The notes below the pieces were generated by a model. It was not told where the DNA came from. It worked only from the letters and a program-made list of their open reading frames with translations, and did not search any database. A stretch of 64,000 bases of DNA from a bacterium (GTDB lineage Bacteria; Patescibacteriota; Saccharimonadia; CAILAD01; GCA-016700035): NCBI GenBank assembly GCA_020854115.1, contig JADZGC010000004.1, positions 1,665 to 65,664 of the forward strand, read 5' to 3'. Positions within the stretch are counted from its first letter, which is position 1. The number at the start of each line of letters is the position of its first letter. A program made the translations under genes and the position numbers. This document shows positions 1 to 9,575 of this stretch, piece after piece.

Positions 1-597
1 CTCAAGCTTAAGAACCAGCAGACACGTCGTATGGTGACAATTGTCTGTCTTTTAATTGTGACGAGCGTTGGTGCATCGATTGTTATCTTGTTGCTGCTAC
101 TAGGTACGCGGGCACTTCAGTACAACAGCAATAGTGGCACAATTGATAAGCTCAAGAAGGATATAGAGAATAAGATGACGGTCGAGCAGGATGTTGCTTG
201 GTTTAATGACTCGCTCGATGCATCGTACACTATAAGCAATAGTCGTATTTTGATAAGTCAACTGTTTGATCAATTGACTCAAGCATTGCCGAAAGAGGTC
301 AAAATGACGGCGCTCACAGTAGATCCTAGTTATCAGGTTAAGGCAACGGTGACTGCCCCTGACTTTAATACTGTGGCACTGTTTGGTAATGCCCTAAGTA
401 CATTTAACACGTATGCCGAGAAGCGCATACCTGGCATGGACCAAAAGGCAGTTTTTACGGAAGTAAAAATTGACTCAGTTTCAAACAAAAAAAATCAAAG
501 CGCTGAGCAGAAGGAATTTACGGTGGTATTCACGGTAGACAAAGATTTAGTACAGAAGTTTCGCAACGACGCAAGTAAGACTGGACAGGGATCATAA
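1..597 (+). CDS. pilN: Type IV pilus assembly protein PilN-like, 5'-truncated by the window edge
   Basis: The frame is open from nt 1. It encodes a short cytoplasmic N-terminus, one TM helix (VTIVCLLIVTSVGASIVILLLLL) and a coiled periplasmic domain. It sits directly upstream of a PilO-like gene in a pil locus. Confidence 0.55.
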   Translation, partial: LKLKNQQTRRMVTIVCLLIVTSVGASIVILLLLLGTRALQYNSNSGTIDKLKKDIENKMTVEQDVAWFNDSLDASYTISNSRILISQLFDQLTQALPKEVKMTALTVDPSYQVKATVTAPDFNTVALFGNALSTFNTYAEKRIPGMDQKAVFTEVKIDSVSNKKNQSAEQKEFTVVFTVDKDLVQKFRNDASKTGQGS

Positions 598-599
598 TA

Positions 600-1328
600 A
601 TGGCGCCTAAGAAACCAGATGCCACTAAGAAATTACAGGTTCCTGAGACACGCTTAACTCAGTTGCAACAAACTAATATGCGTAATTTCTTGATCATTAC
701 GATTGCCGGTACAGTGCTTTCGGTGCTAGTGGGTGGATACTTCATATATCAGTTAGCCCAAGCCAACATCAAGAAGTCAAACGAGATCAAGGCTCAAGAT
801 ATCTACATAGGCTTGGTGAAGAAAAAAGTTGAAATACTACAAAAGTCAGAGGCGCAGCTCAATAGGATCAAAACAGCTGACTCTACAGGAGTATCTGATT
901 TTTCGCGTATTACAGAACGTGTCTTGCCGCCAACCGATGATCTAGGCACTATTCTCACTATTTTTCAAAAGCTTCAGTCCCAAACACTCGTACAGATAGA
1001 TGACGTATCAAAGGAAGTAAATACTCTCGCTGCGCCGACAGCGACTGCAGGGGGGAGTAGCGCTTCGACGAGTAGCAGTGCGACTTCTTCGTTCCAATTA
1101 AGCTTCAAGTCAACTGGAACGTATGATCAGATTAAGAACTTTCTCAAATCCATAGAGGCGTCGCAGCGAGTATTTGACTTCTCGACCCTCAAGATATCGG
1201 CAGAGAGCAATATTTTGTCACTTGATATGACCTACAATCTTTATTTCAAAGAAAAACCATCGATTGCTGATACCGAAATGCTGCTATCCGACTATCAGAA
1301 GAAGCATGCTGAAGGGAGCGCACAATGA
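600..1328 (+). CDS. pilO: Type IV pilus assembly protein PilO-like
   Basis: 242 aa with a single N-terminal TM helix and a periplasmic domain. Its position after pilN and the stop/start overlap with the next gene (ATGA) fit a PilO role. Confidence 0.5.
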   Translation: MAPKKPDATKKLQVPETRLTQLQQTNMRNFLIITIAGTVLSVLVGGYFIYQLAQANIKKSNEIKAQDIYIGLVKKKVEILQKSEAQLNRIKTADSTGVSDFSRITERVLPPTDDLGTILTIFQKLQSQTLVQIDDVSKEVNTLAAPTATAGGSSASTSSSATSSFQLSFKSTGTYDQIKNFLKSIEASQRVFDFSTLKISAESNILSLDMTYNLYFKEKPSIADTEMLLSDYQKKHAEGSAQ

Positions 1329-1606
1329 AACGACGCGATATGATCGGGCTCGTCATCGCAATTGCGATTTTTGTGGCCGCGGGAGTGCTGCTGTACTCTC
1401 AGCTCGCTCCGGCACCGCAGGATAGTGGCATCAAGGTGACTATTCCGCGTCCGGTGACTATGCCGCTCGATGAGGCGGATACGAGTCAGCCAAATGATCG
1501 AACAAAGCTTGACGAGCTCAAGAAGCTGACAGATTTCTCGACACCACAGAAATGTATTGATCAGCCTGACAGATGTGGTGGCAATACGCAGATATTTGGA
1601 CAATAG
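1325..1606 (+). CDS. small membrane-anchored protein in the pilus operon (possible PilP-like accessory)
   Basis: 93 aa with an N-terminal TM helix and a Cys pair (QKCIDQPDRCGG). The start overlaps the pilO stop, indicating translational coupling. Confidence 0.35.
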   Translation: MKRRDMIGLVIAIAIFVAAGVLLYSQLAPAPQDSGIKVTIPRPVTMPLDEADTSQPNDRTKLDELKKLTDFSTPQKCIDQPDRCGGNTQIFGQ

Positions 1607-1615
1607 GAGGCGAAC

Positions 1616-3409
1616 ATGCTGACGCTTGATAATCAGCGCCAAATCGAGACCCTCATCACGCAAGGCCAAATTGTTAAGCCTGATATTCTCGAGATCGCCA
1701 AGCTACGGGCGGTCAAGGAGAATAAAGGGCTATTGCAGATATTGTTAGACATGGAAGCAATCAACGAAGAAGATTCGGTGAAGCTGATTGCTATAGCTAA
1801 GAAAATCCCTTTTGCTGATCTTGTACATTTAGATAGGCCGATCGACAAGAAGCTCACAGAGCTATTGCCGCAGGAGGTGGCTCGAGAATATATGGCGGTG
1901 CCTTTCGGTGTGTCTAACGGTACACTTAACGTCGCAATGCTCGATCCGACCAATCTGCAAGCGGTGGACTTCGTGTCTCGCAAGACGGGCTATCCTATCA
2001 CGGCTTATATAGCATCGCAGGCGGGCATCAATCGCGTACTGGGGATGTATGCTGACCGCTATAGCAAAGAGATCGAGGATGTCCTCAAGAATGTTGCGTC
2101 AGCCGAGAAAGAAGAGGCTGCAGCCGCTAAGAAAGAGCAAGTCGATAAATCTAAAGCCCAAAATATTGTCCAAGACGCGCCAATTACTCGCGCGCTCAAC
2201 ACCATACTCGAATACGCGATTAACTCTCAGGCGTCAGATATCCATGTCGAGCCACGTCAGCATGAGCTGAAGATTCGCTTTCGTATAGATGGCATGCTTC
2301 AGGAAGTTATGACACTGCCCAAGTCGACTGAGCCGGCTTTGATTTCTCGCATCAAGATTCTCTCCAATCTCAAGATCGACGAGCACCGCATGACACAGGA
2401 CGGACAGGCGGTCTATATGTTTGAAGGTCGTGAAGTGGACTTACGTATTGCGATTGCGCCGATTACGTACGGCGAGCAGGTAGTAATTCGTATCCTCGAC
2501 AAGAATGCGCACCAGATCACTCTCGACTCGCTTGGTTTTCGTGGTCGCAGTTTGCGCCTTATTCAATCAGGCATGCACAAGCCGCATGGCATGATCCTCT
2601 CCACGGGCCCAACTGGCTCGGGTAAATCCACGACACTGTACGCAGTCGTACAGGCGATTAAGAGTGTCACGCTCAATATTGTCACGCTTGAGGATCCTGT
2701 GGAATACAAGATGGACGGAATTAATCAAATCCAGGTCAACACAGCTGTCGGTCTGACCTTCGCAAATGGGCTGCGTTCAATCTTGCGTCAAGATCCAAAT
2801 GTGGTGCTGGTAGGGGAAATTCGTGACTCTGAGACGGCTGATCTGGCTGTACAGGCGGCGCTTACGGGACACACGGTGCTCTCTACGCTGCACACCAACT
2901 CGGCTTCAGGCGTATTGCCTCGTCTGCTCGACATGAAGATCGAGCCGTTCCTGATCGCATCGACGGTCAATACGGTGATTGGGCAGCGCTTGGTGCGAAA
3001 GGTGTGTCAGAAGTGCAAGAAGTCGTATGCGGCATCGCCTTCAGCGATTCAAATAATAAACAAGATCATTGGGTCATTTTTGCCGAAGACACCAGAAGAG
3101 CAGAAGGCTAAGGCGGAAGAATATGGCTACGAAGGTTTGCCCTTATATAGTGAAACCGCTTATACTTTATACAAGGGGGAAGGCTGCGCCGACTGTAAGG
3201 AAGGCTATGCTGGTCGTATCGGTATCTTTGAAGTGTATGAAATGAACCCAGCTATGGAGAAGTTGCTGCTCGCACACGCGACTACAACCGATATCCAGGC
3301 GCAGGCCATCAAGGACGGCATGCTCACTATGCAGCAAGATGGGTATCTCAAAGCTTTGACAGGTATTTCTACGATCGAGGAAGTGTCGCGCGTAGCGACG
3401 GATCATTAA
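1616..3409 (+). CDS. pilB: Type IV pilus assembly ATPase PilB (GspE family)
   Basis: It has a T2SSE_N-like N-terminal domain and the Walker A motif GPTGSGKSTTL. The Asp and His boxes are present, along with the tetracysteine motif CQKCKK...CADCKEG. Confidence 0.9.
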   Translation: MLTLDNQRQIETLITQGQIVKPDILEIAKLRAVKENKGLLQILLDMEAINEEDSVKLIAIAKKIPFADLVHLDRPIDKKLTELLPQEVAREYMAVPFGVSNGTLNVAMLDPTNLQAVDFVSRKTGYPITAYIASQAGINRVLGMYADRYSKEIEDVLKNVASAEKEEAAAAKKEQVDKSKAQNIVQDAPITRALNTILEYAINSQASDIHVEPRQHELKIRFRIDGMLQEVMTLPKSTEPALISRIKILSNLKIDEHRMTQDGQAVYMFEGREVDLRIAIAPITYGEQVVIRILDKNAHQITLDSLGFRGRSLRLIQSGMHKPHGMILSTGPTGSGKSTTLYAVVQAIKSVTLNIVTLEDPVEYKMDGINQIQVNTAVGLTFANGLRSILRQDPNVVLVGEIRDSETADLAVQAALTGHTVLSTLHTNSASGVLPRLLDMKIEPFLIASTVNTVIGQRLVRKVCQKCKKSYAASPSAIQIINKIIGSFLPKTPEEQKAKAEEYGYEGLPLYSETAYTLYKGEGCADCKEGYAGRIGIFEVYEMNPAMEKLLLAHATTTDIQAQAIKDGMLTMQQDGYLKALTGISTIEEVSRVATDH

Positions 3410-3421
3410 GTAATTATTTCT

Positions 3422-4933
3422 ATGCCCCCAACGAATACCACTCCCACACCTCCATCCCAGCCAACCCAAAGCCAGGCTGGCACGATGCCGCCGCAGTCGT
3501 CTGTCACCGACGGCTTGGCGACGTCGGGCATCATCCGCGCGCAGAATCCACTGGCATCGACTGGACAAACGGTAGAAATTCCCGACCAGCCGCTTGTCGA
3601 AAACATTGCTCCAGCAGTCTCGCTCGAGGGTGGGGTTGGTGTGCCTACGGCACCGATAGTAGTACCGACCTCCAGTTTGGATGACGAAGACATGGATATG
3701 CCACCGAGCCTGCCGCAGTCTCCACAGGCTGGGGGAGTAAGTGTTACCCCCGGTGGTCAAGTGTTGGATCAAGGTCCTGTGGCAGTTCAAGCCCCGGCCA
3801 TGCAGCCAGTACAGAAGTCAGACCAAGCTGTAGCCGAAGCTGATCAAGTGCATAATATTCGATCTAGTGGTGGGCATGCCACGATCGAGCCATATCTCGA
3901 AGAAGTGATTCGTCGTGACGCCTCTGATATCCACTTGCAGGTTGGTTTGCCGGCCATGCTGCGTGTCGATGGTTCATTATCGCCAATTCGTGATTCGAAG
4001 GAGCTGACGGCTGATGATATCGATGAAATTATCTTCAATCTCCTCGACGAAGAGCAAAAAGAAATCTACACGCATGACAAAGAAATCGACTTTTCGTTTG
4101 CGTATGGCGATCTCGGTCGTTTTCGCGTTAATGCCTTCCATGAGAAGGGGAATCCAGCTGGCGCGTTTCGCTTGATCCCCAATAAGATTCGCACCGTCGA
4201 GGAGCTCGGCTTGCCGGCCGTGGTCAATAAGATGACGGATTTCCCGCGTGGCCTGGTGCTTGTTACTGGCCCGACCGGTTCCGGTAAGAGTACTTCCTTG
4301 GCCGCAATGGTGGATCGCATCAATCGTGAGAAAGCACTGCACATAATCACGATAGAAGACCCGATTGAGTATCAGCATCATCATAAGAAATCGATCGTTG
4401 TACAGCGTGAAGTACACTTCGATACGCCGAGCTTCTCAGCGGCACTCCGCAGTGCTTTGCGTGAAGACCCGGACGTAGTGCTCATCGGTGAGATGCGTGA
4501 TCTCGAAACTATCTCGACAGCAATCACTGTCGCTGAGACTGGTCACTTGGTACTTGCGACGTTGCACACCAACTCGGCCGCTAGCTCGATTGATCGTATG
4601 ATCGACGTCTTCCCTCCACACCAGCAGCAACAGATCCGCATACAGTTGTCGGGGATTCTCCAGGCTGTGGTAGCGCAGCGACTGATTCCGATGATTGGTG
4701 GTGGGAGATTGGCTGCCGCAGAGATTCTGATGGTGACGCCGGCGGTACGCAACATTATCCGTGAAGGCAAGACCCATCAGCTCGATGGTGTGATCCAGAC
4801 TGGTGCTGAGTACGGCATGCAGTCGATGGACGCGACGTTGGCGCACCTTATCCATGAGGGCAAGATCAGCTATGAGGAGGCGAAGAATTATGCCGTCAAT
4901 CTCGAAGAATTTGACCGCTTGATGCGGCAGTAG
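3422..4933 (+). CDS. pilT: Twitching-motility retraction ATPase PilT with ~126-aa Pro/Thr/Gln-rich N-terminal extension
   Basis: The C-terminal ~375 aa carry canonical PilT motifs: ASDIHL, GPTGSGKSTSLAAMV, HIITIEDPIEY and GHLVLATLHTNSA. The 5' 380 nt encode low-complexity sequence with no stops; an alternative ATG lies at 3800. Confidence 0.85.
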   Translation: MPPTNTTPTPPSQPTQSQAGTMPPQSSVTDGLATSGIIRAQNPLASTGQTVEIPDQPLVENIAPAVSLEGGVGVPTAPIVVPTSSLDDEDMDMPPSLPQSPQAGGVSVTPGGQVLDQGPVAVQAPAMQPVQKSDQAVAEADQVHNIRSSGGHATIEPYLEEVIRRDASDIHLQVGLPAMLRVDGSLSPIRDSKELTADDIDEIIFNLLDEEQKEIYTHDKEIDFSFAYGDLGRFRVNAFHEKGNPAGAFRLIPNKIRTVEELGLPAVVNKMTDFPRGLVLVTGPTGSGKSTSLAAMVDRINREKALHIITIEDPIEYQHHHKKSIVVQREVHFDTPSFSAALRSALREDPDVVLIGEMRDLETISTAITVAETGHLVLATLHTNSAASSIDRMIDVFPPHQQQQIRIQLSGILQAVVAQRLIPMIGGGRLAAAEILMVTPAVRNIIREGKTHQLDGVIQTGAEYGMQSMDATLAHLIHEGKISYEEAKNYAVNLEEFDRLMRQ

Positions 4934-4946
4934 GGGATGCTGATCG

Positions 4947-6155
4947 ATGATTGACTACAAATACAAGGCTAAAGACACGGTCACCGGACGGGTGATTGAG
5001 GGCTTTATTTCGGCCGACAACGAGATGGCGGCCGGCAAGCTGCTGATTAAGCAAAATCTCTACCCGATGGAGATTCATCCGAAGGGCGGTAGCGTACTTG
5101 GCGTCGGCTCCACGACTGGCCGGGTGCCGATCAAGGCCAAGGTGATCTTTACGCGTCAGATGGCAACGCTCATCAAGGCCGGTCTGCCAGTAGGTACTGC
5201 GCTTAATAGTGCCCTCGGCCAGATTGATAATAAGAAGTTGCAGACTATTATCTTTCGCATTGGTAAATCAGTCGAAGGCGGTACGGCCTTCTCTCAGGCT
5301 CTCGCGGAATATCCGGACAGTTTTAATCATATCTACGTCGCGATGGTGCAGGCTGGTGAAGCTAGTGGTACGCTTGATACTACTATGTTGCGCCTGGCTG
5401 ATCAGATAGAGAAGGAAGCTGACATTATCTCCAAGATTCGCGGGGCGCTCGTCTATCCGGCATTGGTTATGTTGGTGATCATTGGCGTCTTGGTGTACAT
5501 GCTTTCAAGCGTGGTGCCGCAGATTGAGACGCTTTACAAGAGCTTTAATAAGGAGCTACCCTTCGTTACTCAGCTTATTATTGCTGTTACAAATGCTTTT
5601 GGTAAGTATTGGCTTATCATTATTCCTGCAATCGTGGCGACCATATATGGCATATATATTTACACAAAATCACCTAGCGGACGTAAGCTGGTTGATCGAT
5701 TGAAGATTACCTTGCCGCCCTTTAATCAGCTCTTGATCAAGATGTACATGGCGCGTTTCGCACGTGCGTTAGGCAGCTTAACGAGTAGCGGAATTCCAAT
5801 TCTTGAGTCATTAAAGCTAGTGAGCGATAGTCTTAACAACATTCTACTGCAATCGGAGGTCGCTACATTGACGGAGCAGGTGAAGTCGGGTAGAGCGCTG
5901 TCGGAGTCACTTGCTAAGACTGAGTATTTCTTGCCTCTCGTAGGGCAAATGGTGAAGGTGGGTGAGGACTCAGGTACTATGGGGGATATGCTGGATAAGC
6001 TCGCGACCTTCTATGAAAATGAAGTGGATCAGCTAGTCAAAAACCTATCAACGCTCATAGAGCCGTTAATCATTATTTTCTTAGGATTCATGGTTATGAT
6101 CATAATTGTTGGCATTCTGTTTCCTGTCTATTCTCTCGTCGGCTCTGGTCTGTAA
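4947..6155 (+). CDS. pilC: Type IV pilus inner-membrane platform protein PilC (GspF family)
   Basis: It has two T2SSF repeats and three TM segments, with a conserved GspF-like C-terminus. Confidence 0.9.
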   Translation: MIDYKYKAKDTVTGRVIEGFISADNEMAAGKLLIKQNLYPMEIHPKGGSVLGVGSTTGRVPIKAKVIFTRQMATLIKAGLPVGTALNSALGQIDNKKLQTIIFRIGKSVEGGTAFSQALAEYPDSFNHIYVAMVQAGEASGTLDTTMLRLADQIEKEADIISKIRGALVYPALVMLVIIGVLVYMLSSVVPQIETLYKSFNKELPFVTQLIIAVTNAFGKYWLIIIPAIVATIYGIYIYTKSPSGRKLVDRLKITLPPFNQLLIKMYMARFARALGSLTSSGIPILESLKLVSDSLNNILLQSEVATLTEQVKSGRALSESLAKTEYFLPLVGQMVKVGEDSGTMGDMLDKLATFYENEVDQLVKNLSTLIEPLIIIFLGFMVMIIIVGILFPVYSLVGSGL

Positions 6156-6160
6156 TGCAG

Positions 6161-6188
6161 TTGACGTCGTGTGTCATTTTGTTATGAT
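6161..6188 (+). promoter_or_regulatory. sigma70-like promoter for the major pilin (TTGACG-16-TATGAT)
   Basis: -35 TTGACG lies at 6161-6166 and -10 TATGAT at 6183-6188. AGGAGG lies at 6221-6226 and the pilA ATG at 6231. Confidence 0.4.
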
Positions 6189-6230
6189 AAGCATAAGCTT
6201 TATCGCTCACAAAATTATTTAGGAGGAATT

Positions 6231-6659
6231 ATGAAAAATCAGTCATTAAGAAAAGGTTTTACCTTGATCGAAGTCGTGATTGTGTTGGCTATTGCTGCGT
6301 TAATCATGGTGGTAGTGTTCTTGGCGGTTCAAGGGGCACAGAGGGGCCAGCGTGATAACACACGTAAGGATATTGCGAATCGCACTCTGTCAGCAGTAAC
6401 TGCCTTTAAGGGTAATAATAGTGGCACGCCACCTACGACAGCTGCCCATATGACCGATTTGGCGAATAACTATATGCGTGCAACTAGTGGAACCTTGACA
6501 GCTCAGGGTATGACATTTACCTGGCAAACTGGCGCTCTTGGTGCTTGTCCTCAAACTGCTCCAGGTACGGGTGGTCCGGTTCGAGTGCAATCAGGCGCAA
6601 CCGATACTGTTAGTGTCTGTCTTGAAGCTGCAGCTGCGGCATACAGCGTAAATAACTAA
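6231..6659 (+). CDS. pilA: Major type IV pilin (class III signal peptide, cleavage G|FTLIE)
   Basis: The N-terminus is MKNQSLRKG|FTLIEVVIVLAIAALIMVV with Glu at +5. A C-terminal Cys pair marks the D-region. The gene has a strong SD, and the ORF-track start at 6171 lies upstream of the real start. Confidence 0.8.
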   Translation: MKNQSLRKGFTLIEVVIVLAIAALIMVVVFLAVQGAQRGQRDNTRKDIANRTLSAVTAFKGNNSGTPPTTAAHMTDLANNYMRATSGTLTAQGMTFTWQTGALGACPQTAPGTGGPVRVQSGATDTVSVCLEAAAAAYSVNN

Positions 6660-6672
6660 GGATTAATACATC

Positions 6673-6708
6673 CTACTTTAAAAGCCCCTATAGGGGCTTT
6701 TAAAGTAG
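6673..6708. terminator. 16-bp perfect palindromic hairpin after pilA (ctactttaaaagcccc-tata-ggggcttttaaagtag)
   Basis: The stem and loop were read directly from the sequence. The element belongs to a recurring AAAAGCCCC/GGGGCTTTT terminator family. Confidence 0.6.
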
Positions 6709-6734
6709 GACTCGGATGCCTGTATAATCTAGTT

Positions 6735-7535
6735 ATGTTTACCTTATCAATCGCCCTACCATCCTTGCTAGTGGCTCTGTATGGCCTGCTTGTCGGTAGT
6801 TTTTTAAATGCCTGGATATGGCGCCTCGCCCATGGCAAGCATGTCTCTCGGGGGCGCAGCATGTGTCCGCACTGCCATACGCAGCTGAAGTGGTATGAGC
6901 TTATCCCTGTTTTGAGCTACATTGGCCTACGGGGGCGCTGTCGTACGTGTCATAAGTCGATCAGTTTTCAGTATCCGCTCGTTGAGCTCCTTACAGCGTT
7001 ATCATGGGTTGGGCTCTTTGTGTACTTTCAGCCGAAGACTTCATTTGGAATGGCAGAGTTTGGAGTGTGGCTTGTGGTTACAACACTGCTCATTGCTTCG
7101 TTCGTTTATGATTGGCTGCATATGGAGCTCCCAGATCAATTCACGATTCCAGCGATTGTCGTTGCAGCAAGTTGGCTCGTGGTGAGGTGGTTGTTGTTTC
7201 ACGAATCAAGCCTGGCGATATCACAGCTGATTTGTGCCGGGCTGTTTGGTGGATTTTACTTGCTTATGTGGTTTGGTTCGCGTGGCAAGTGGCTGGGGGA
7301 CGGGGATATAAGGCTTGCTGTACTGATGGGGTTGATACTTACTCCTACGCAGCTAGTGGTAGCGATATTTGCGACGTACTTTATTGGAGCTGTGATAAGC
7401 CTGGTGCTCATAGTATTGAAGTTTAAGACGCGCAAGGATGCTATCGCATTTGGACCATTTCTTATCATCGGTATGTACGTAGGGTTCTTTGCCGGGGAGA
7501 GACTACTGGATGCATACTTCAAGCTGCTGACCTAG
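6735..7535 (+). CDS. pilD: Prepilin peptidase PilD (A24 family) with N-terminal Zn-binding CxxC...CxxC
   Basis: It has CPHCHTQL...CRTCHKS and multiple TM helices, including the conserved DGD-containing segment GDGDIRL. Confidence 0.9.
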   Translation: MFTLSIALPSLLVALYGLLVGSFLNAWIWRLAHGKHVSRGRSMCPHCHTQLKWYELIPVLSYIGLRGRCRTCHKSISFQYPLVELLTALSWVGLFVYFQPKTSFGMAEFGVWLVVTTLLIASFVYDWLHMELPDQFTIPAIVVAASWLVVRWLLFHESSLAISQLICAGLFGGFYLLMWFGSRGKWLGDGDIRLAVLMGLILTPTQLVVAIFATYFIGAVISLVLIVLKFKTRKDAIAFGPFLIIGMYVGFFAGERLLDAYFKLLT

Positions 7536-7566
7536 ATCAAGCACAAGTGGTATAATTGTACTAAGT

Positions 7567-8352
7567 ATGAAATCATCACCACGCCCGATGGGGTTATCTT
7601 TGATCGAACTTGTTATCACACTCGCTATTGCTGGCTTATTGACGGCTGGCTCATTTGCTTGGTATTCGACGCAGCGCAGCTCGCAGTTTTATGACGGTGC
7701 GAGACAAATAGAGTCGCAACTCAAGGACATTCAGACAAGTATCCTTACCAACGAAGTGCCAGATCCCTTGCTGATACCCACTCCCAACAACCTGACGCGA
7801 ATCGGCCATACGGTTTTTGCATCCTCGGTGACTGCAAACGGTACCGATAGCGCATCTGCAAATCCTACATTTGCTAGGCAGCTTACCGTAAGGTCCTATA
7901 CTGCTCAATACAATATGGACACGGGGCGAATTATTTCCGTAGCTATTACAAGTCCGTATGTAGATCGGCAGGTAACATTACCTGCAGGTATGGTTTATAG
8001 GGGTATGCGTATACTGCGAAGTCCAAGTCCTCCCGGTGCGCCCTGCGCCGATTTGAACAACTGGTCTTCGAGTAATACGCAAGCAGCTGCTCTCATTGAA
8101 GGTGCAGCGAGTATTAATACGATTACGTTTCGACAAGAGCCAAAAGCGTTGAATTATTTTGTCGGCAGCGGGGTAGTTGCAGATTATACTGCTTGGGGCG
8201 GGGATAACCCTGCCCCTGGAGTTGCTGCATCTATACCCTGTGGAGTAATGTGGGAGTTTTGGAGTCAGGAAATGATAGGTGGTAACCCAAGATTCAGGGC
8301 TGAAATAGTATATAATTTCGCCACATCAAGCTTTAGATTGGTGACACACTGA
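7567..8352 (+). CDS. Minor pilin / pseudopilin (class III signal peptide, G|LSLIE)
   Basis: The N-terminus MKSSPRPMG|LSLIELVITLAIAGLL has Glu at +5. Confidence 0.7.
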   Translation: MKSSPRPMGLSLIELVITLAIAGLLTAGSFAWYSTQRSSQFYDGARQIESQLKDIQTSILTNEVPDPLLIPTPNNLTRIGHTVFASSVTANGTDSASANPTFARQLTVRSYTAQYNMDTGRIISVAITSPYVDRQVTLPAGMVYRGMRILRSPSPPGAPCADLNNWSSSNTQAAALIEGAASINTITFRQEPKALNYFVGSGVVADYTAWGGDNPAPGVAASIPCGVMWEFWSQEMIGGNPRFRAEIVYNFATSSFRLVTH

Positions 8353-8915
8353 TGACAAAGCAGACGGCTCCAAAAGGCATGACACTTGTAGAGATACTGT
8401 TTGCATTTGCCGTCATCGGAACAGTAGTGACGGTGGCCTATTCAGCGGCCTTACGAGCCTGGCGCACGGCGGTGTCGGCTAATCAGCGTACGCAAGCCCA
8501 ATATCTCGCTCAGGATCAACTCGAGCGCGCTCGAGCGTATCGTAGTCTCTCGGTAACAAATGATCCTACATTGACGCAGACGAGCATGGATTGGAATGGT
8601 TTTCTAAACCAACTACATGGTCCAACTGGCATGCACCTTGCTACTTCCACCAGTCTAGGGCTCATCTGGGATGTGAATAATGGTCCCATCGGCCTCCGTG
8701 TTCCGGGTGACGATGCGACGAATTATACTGTAGCCTTACGATCTGAAGGGGTATATTGTTCTAACGGTGCACGGAGCGCAGCCCCCGCTGGCTGCGGCGG
8801 TCCTCAAAATGTGACCTCAGTAGATCTTCAGGCAGTGGTTACATGGACGGCTGCAACAGGGGTTACTGATAATAGGCTGATTGCAACGACACAATTATTA
8901 GCGCCAAGCGAGTAG
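8352..8915 (+). CDS. Minor pilin (PilV-like; G|MTLVE)
   Basis: The N-terminus is MTKQTAPKG|MTLVEILFAFAVIG. The start overlaps the upstream stop. Confidence 0.7.
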   Translation: MTKQTAPKGMTLVEILFAFAVIGTVVTVAYSAALRAWRTAVSANQRTQAQYLAQDQLERARAYRSLSVTNDPTLTQTSMDWNGFLNQLHGPTGMHLATSTSLGLIWDVNNGPIGLRVPGDDATNYTVALRSEGVYCSNGARSAAPAGCGGPQNVTSVDLQAVVTWTAATGVTDNRLIATTQLLAPSE

Positions 8916-8921
8916 GATATT

Positions 8922-9545
8922 ATGAAGAGAAACCATCATACATCATCTAAACGATCTGGTTTTACGCTCATTGAGCTGACGTTTTCGATTGCGTTTCTCT
9001 CGATGTTGGCCTTGGGTGCGACGATTAGCTTTGTGAATATTATCGGTATTTACAATCGCGCGCAGGGGCTGACTCGCACGCAAGATGCAGCCCGCAATGC
9101 AATGGATGCTTTGTCTCGAGATCTTGTCCGTACGACAGACGTACTTACTACACCTGCACCTACACTTGCTCCTGTAGCAGGAGTCAGTGGTGTCGCGCGG
9201 TTCCACTGTTTGCGCGATAGCGAGGGGGCATCTGAGAGAGGGTATGCGTTACTTCGGCTTGCCGACAATCGATTTCACCTGGCACGTCTGCAAAATTGCT
9301 CTACGCTTGCCAACTACCAGCTCCTAGCACCACTACCAACCTGGTCTACATCTACAGCTTCACCAGTATCGGATTGTGCGGACGCCTTTGTGATTAGGCA
9401 AGTCCCCAAATCTGTGCCGAAAGTGTGGCAGGTGACTGTGCGTGTAACCCAGGGGGATCGTGATCCGTGCGGGGCGCCAGATGCCAACGCTCGAGATACG
9501 CTTGCGGCGACAACAGTTTTAAGTACTCATGTCGTCAATCAATAG
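8922..9545 (+). CDS. Minor pilin (PilW/GspJ-like; G|FTLIE)
   Basis: The N-terminus is KRSG|FTLIELTFSIAFLSMLALG. Confidence 0.7.
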   Translation: MKRNHHTSSKRSGFTLIELTFSIAFLSMLALGATISFVNIIGIYNRAQGLTRTQDAARNAMDALSRDLVRTTDVLTTPAPTLAPVAGVSGVARFHCLRDSEGASERGYALLRLADNRFHLARLQNCSTLANYQLLAPLPTWSTSTASPVSDCADAFVIRQVPKSVPKVWQVTVRVTQGDRDPCGAPDANARDTLAATTVLSTHVVNQ

Positions 9546-9575
9546 TGGTTTGCACGAGCATCGGATTGTAGTACT

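Noticed and set aside
3167-3790. Long antisense ORFs (3167-3790 and 3406-3693, minus strand) overlapping pilB/pilT.
   Set aside because: They lie opposite strongly conserved ATPase coding sequence. They have low-complexity Arg/Gly/Cys-rich translations typical of spurious ORFs in GC-rich stretches, and no SD.
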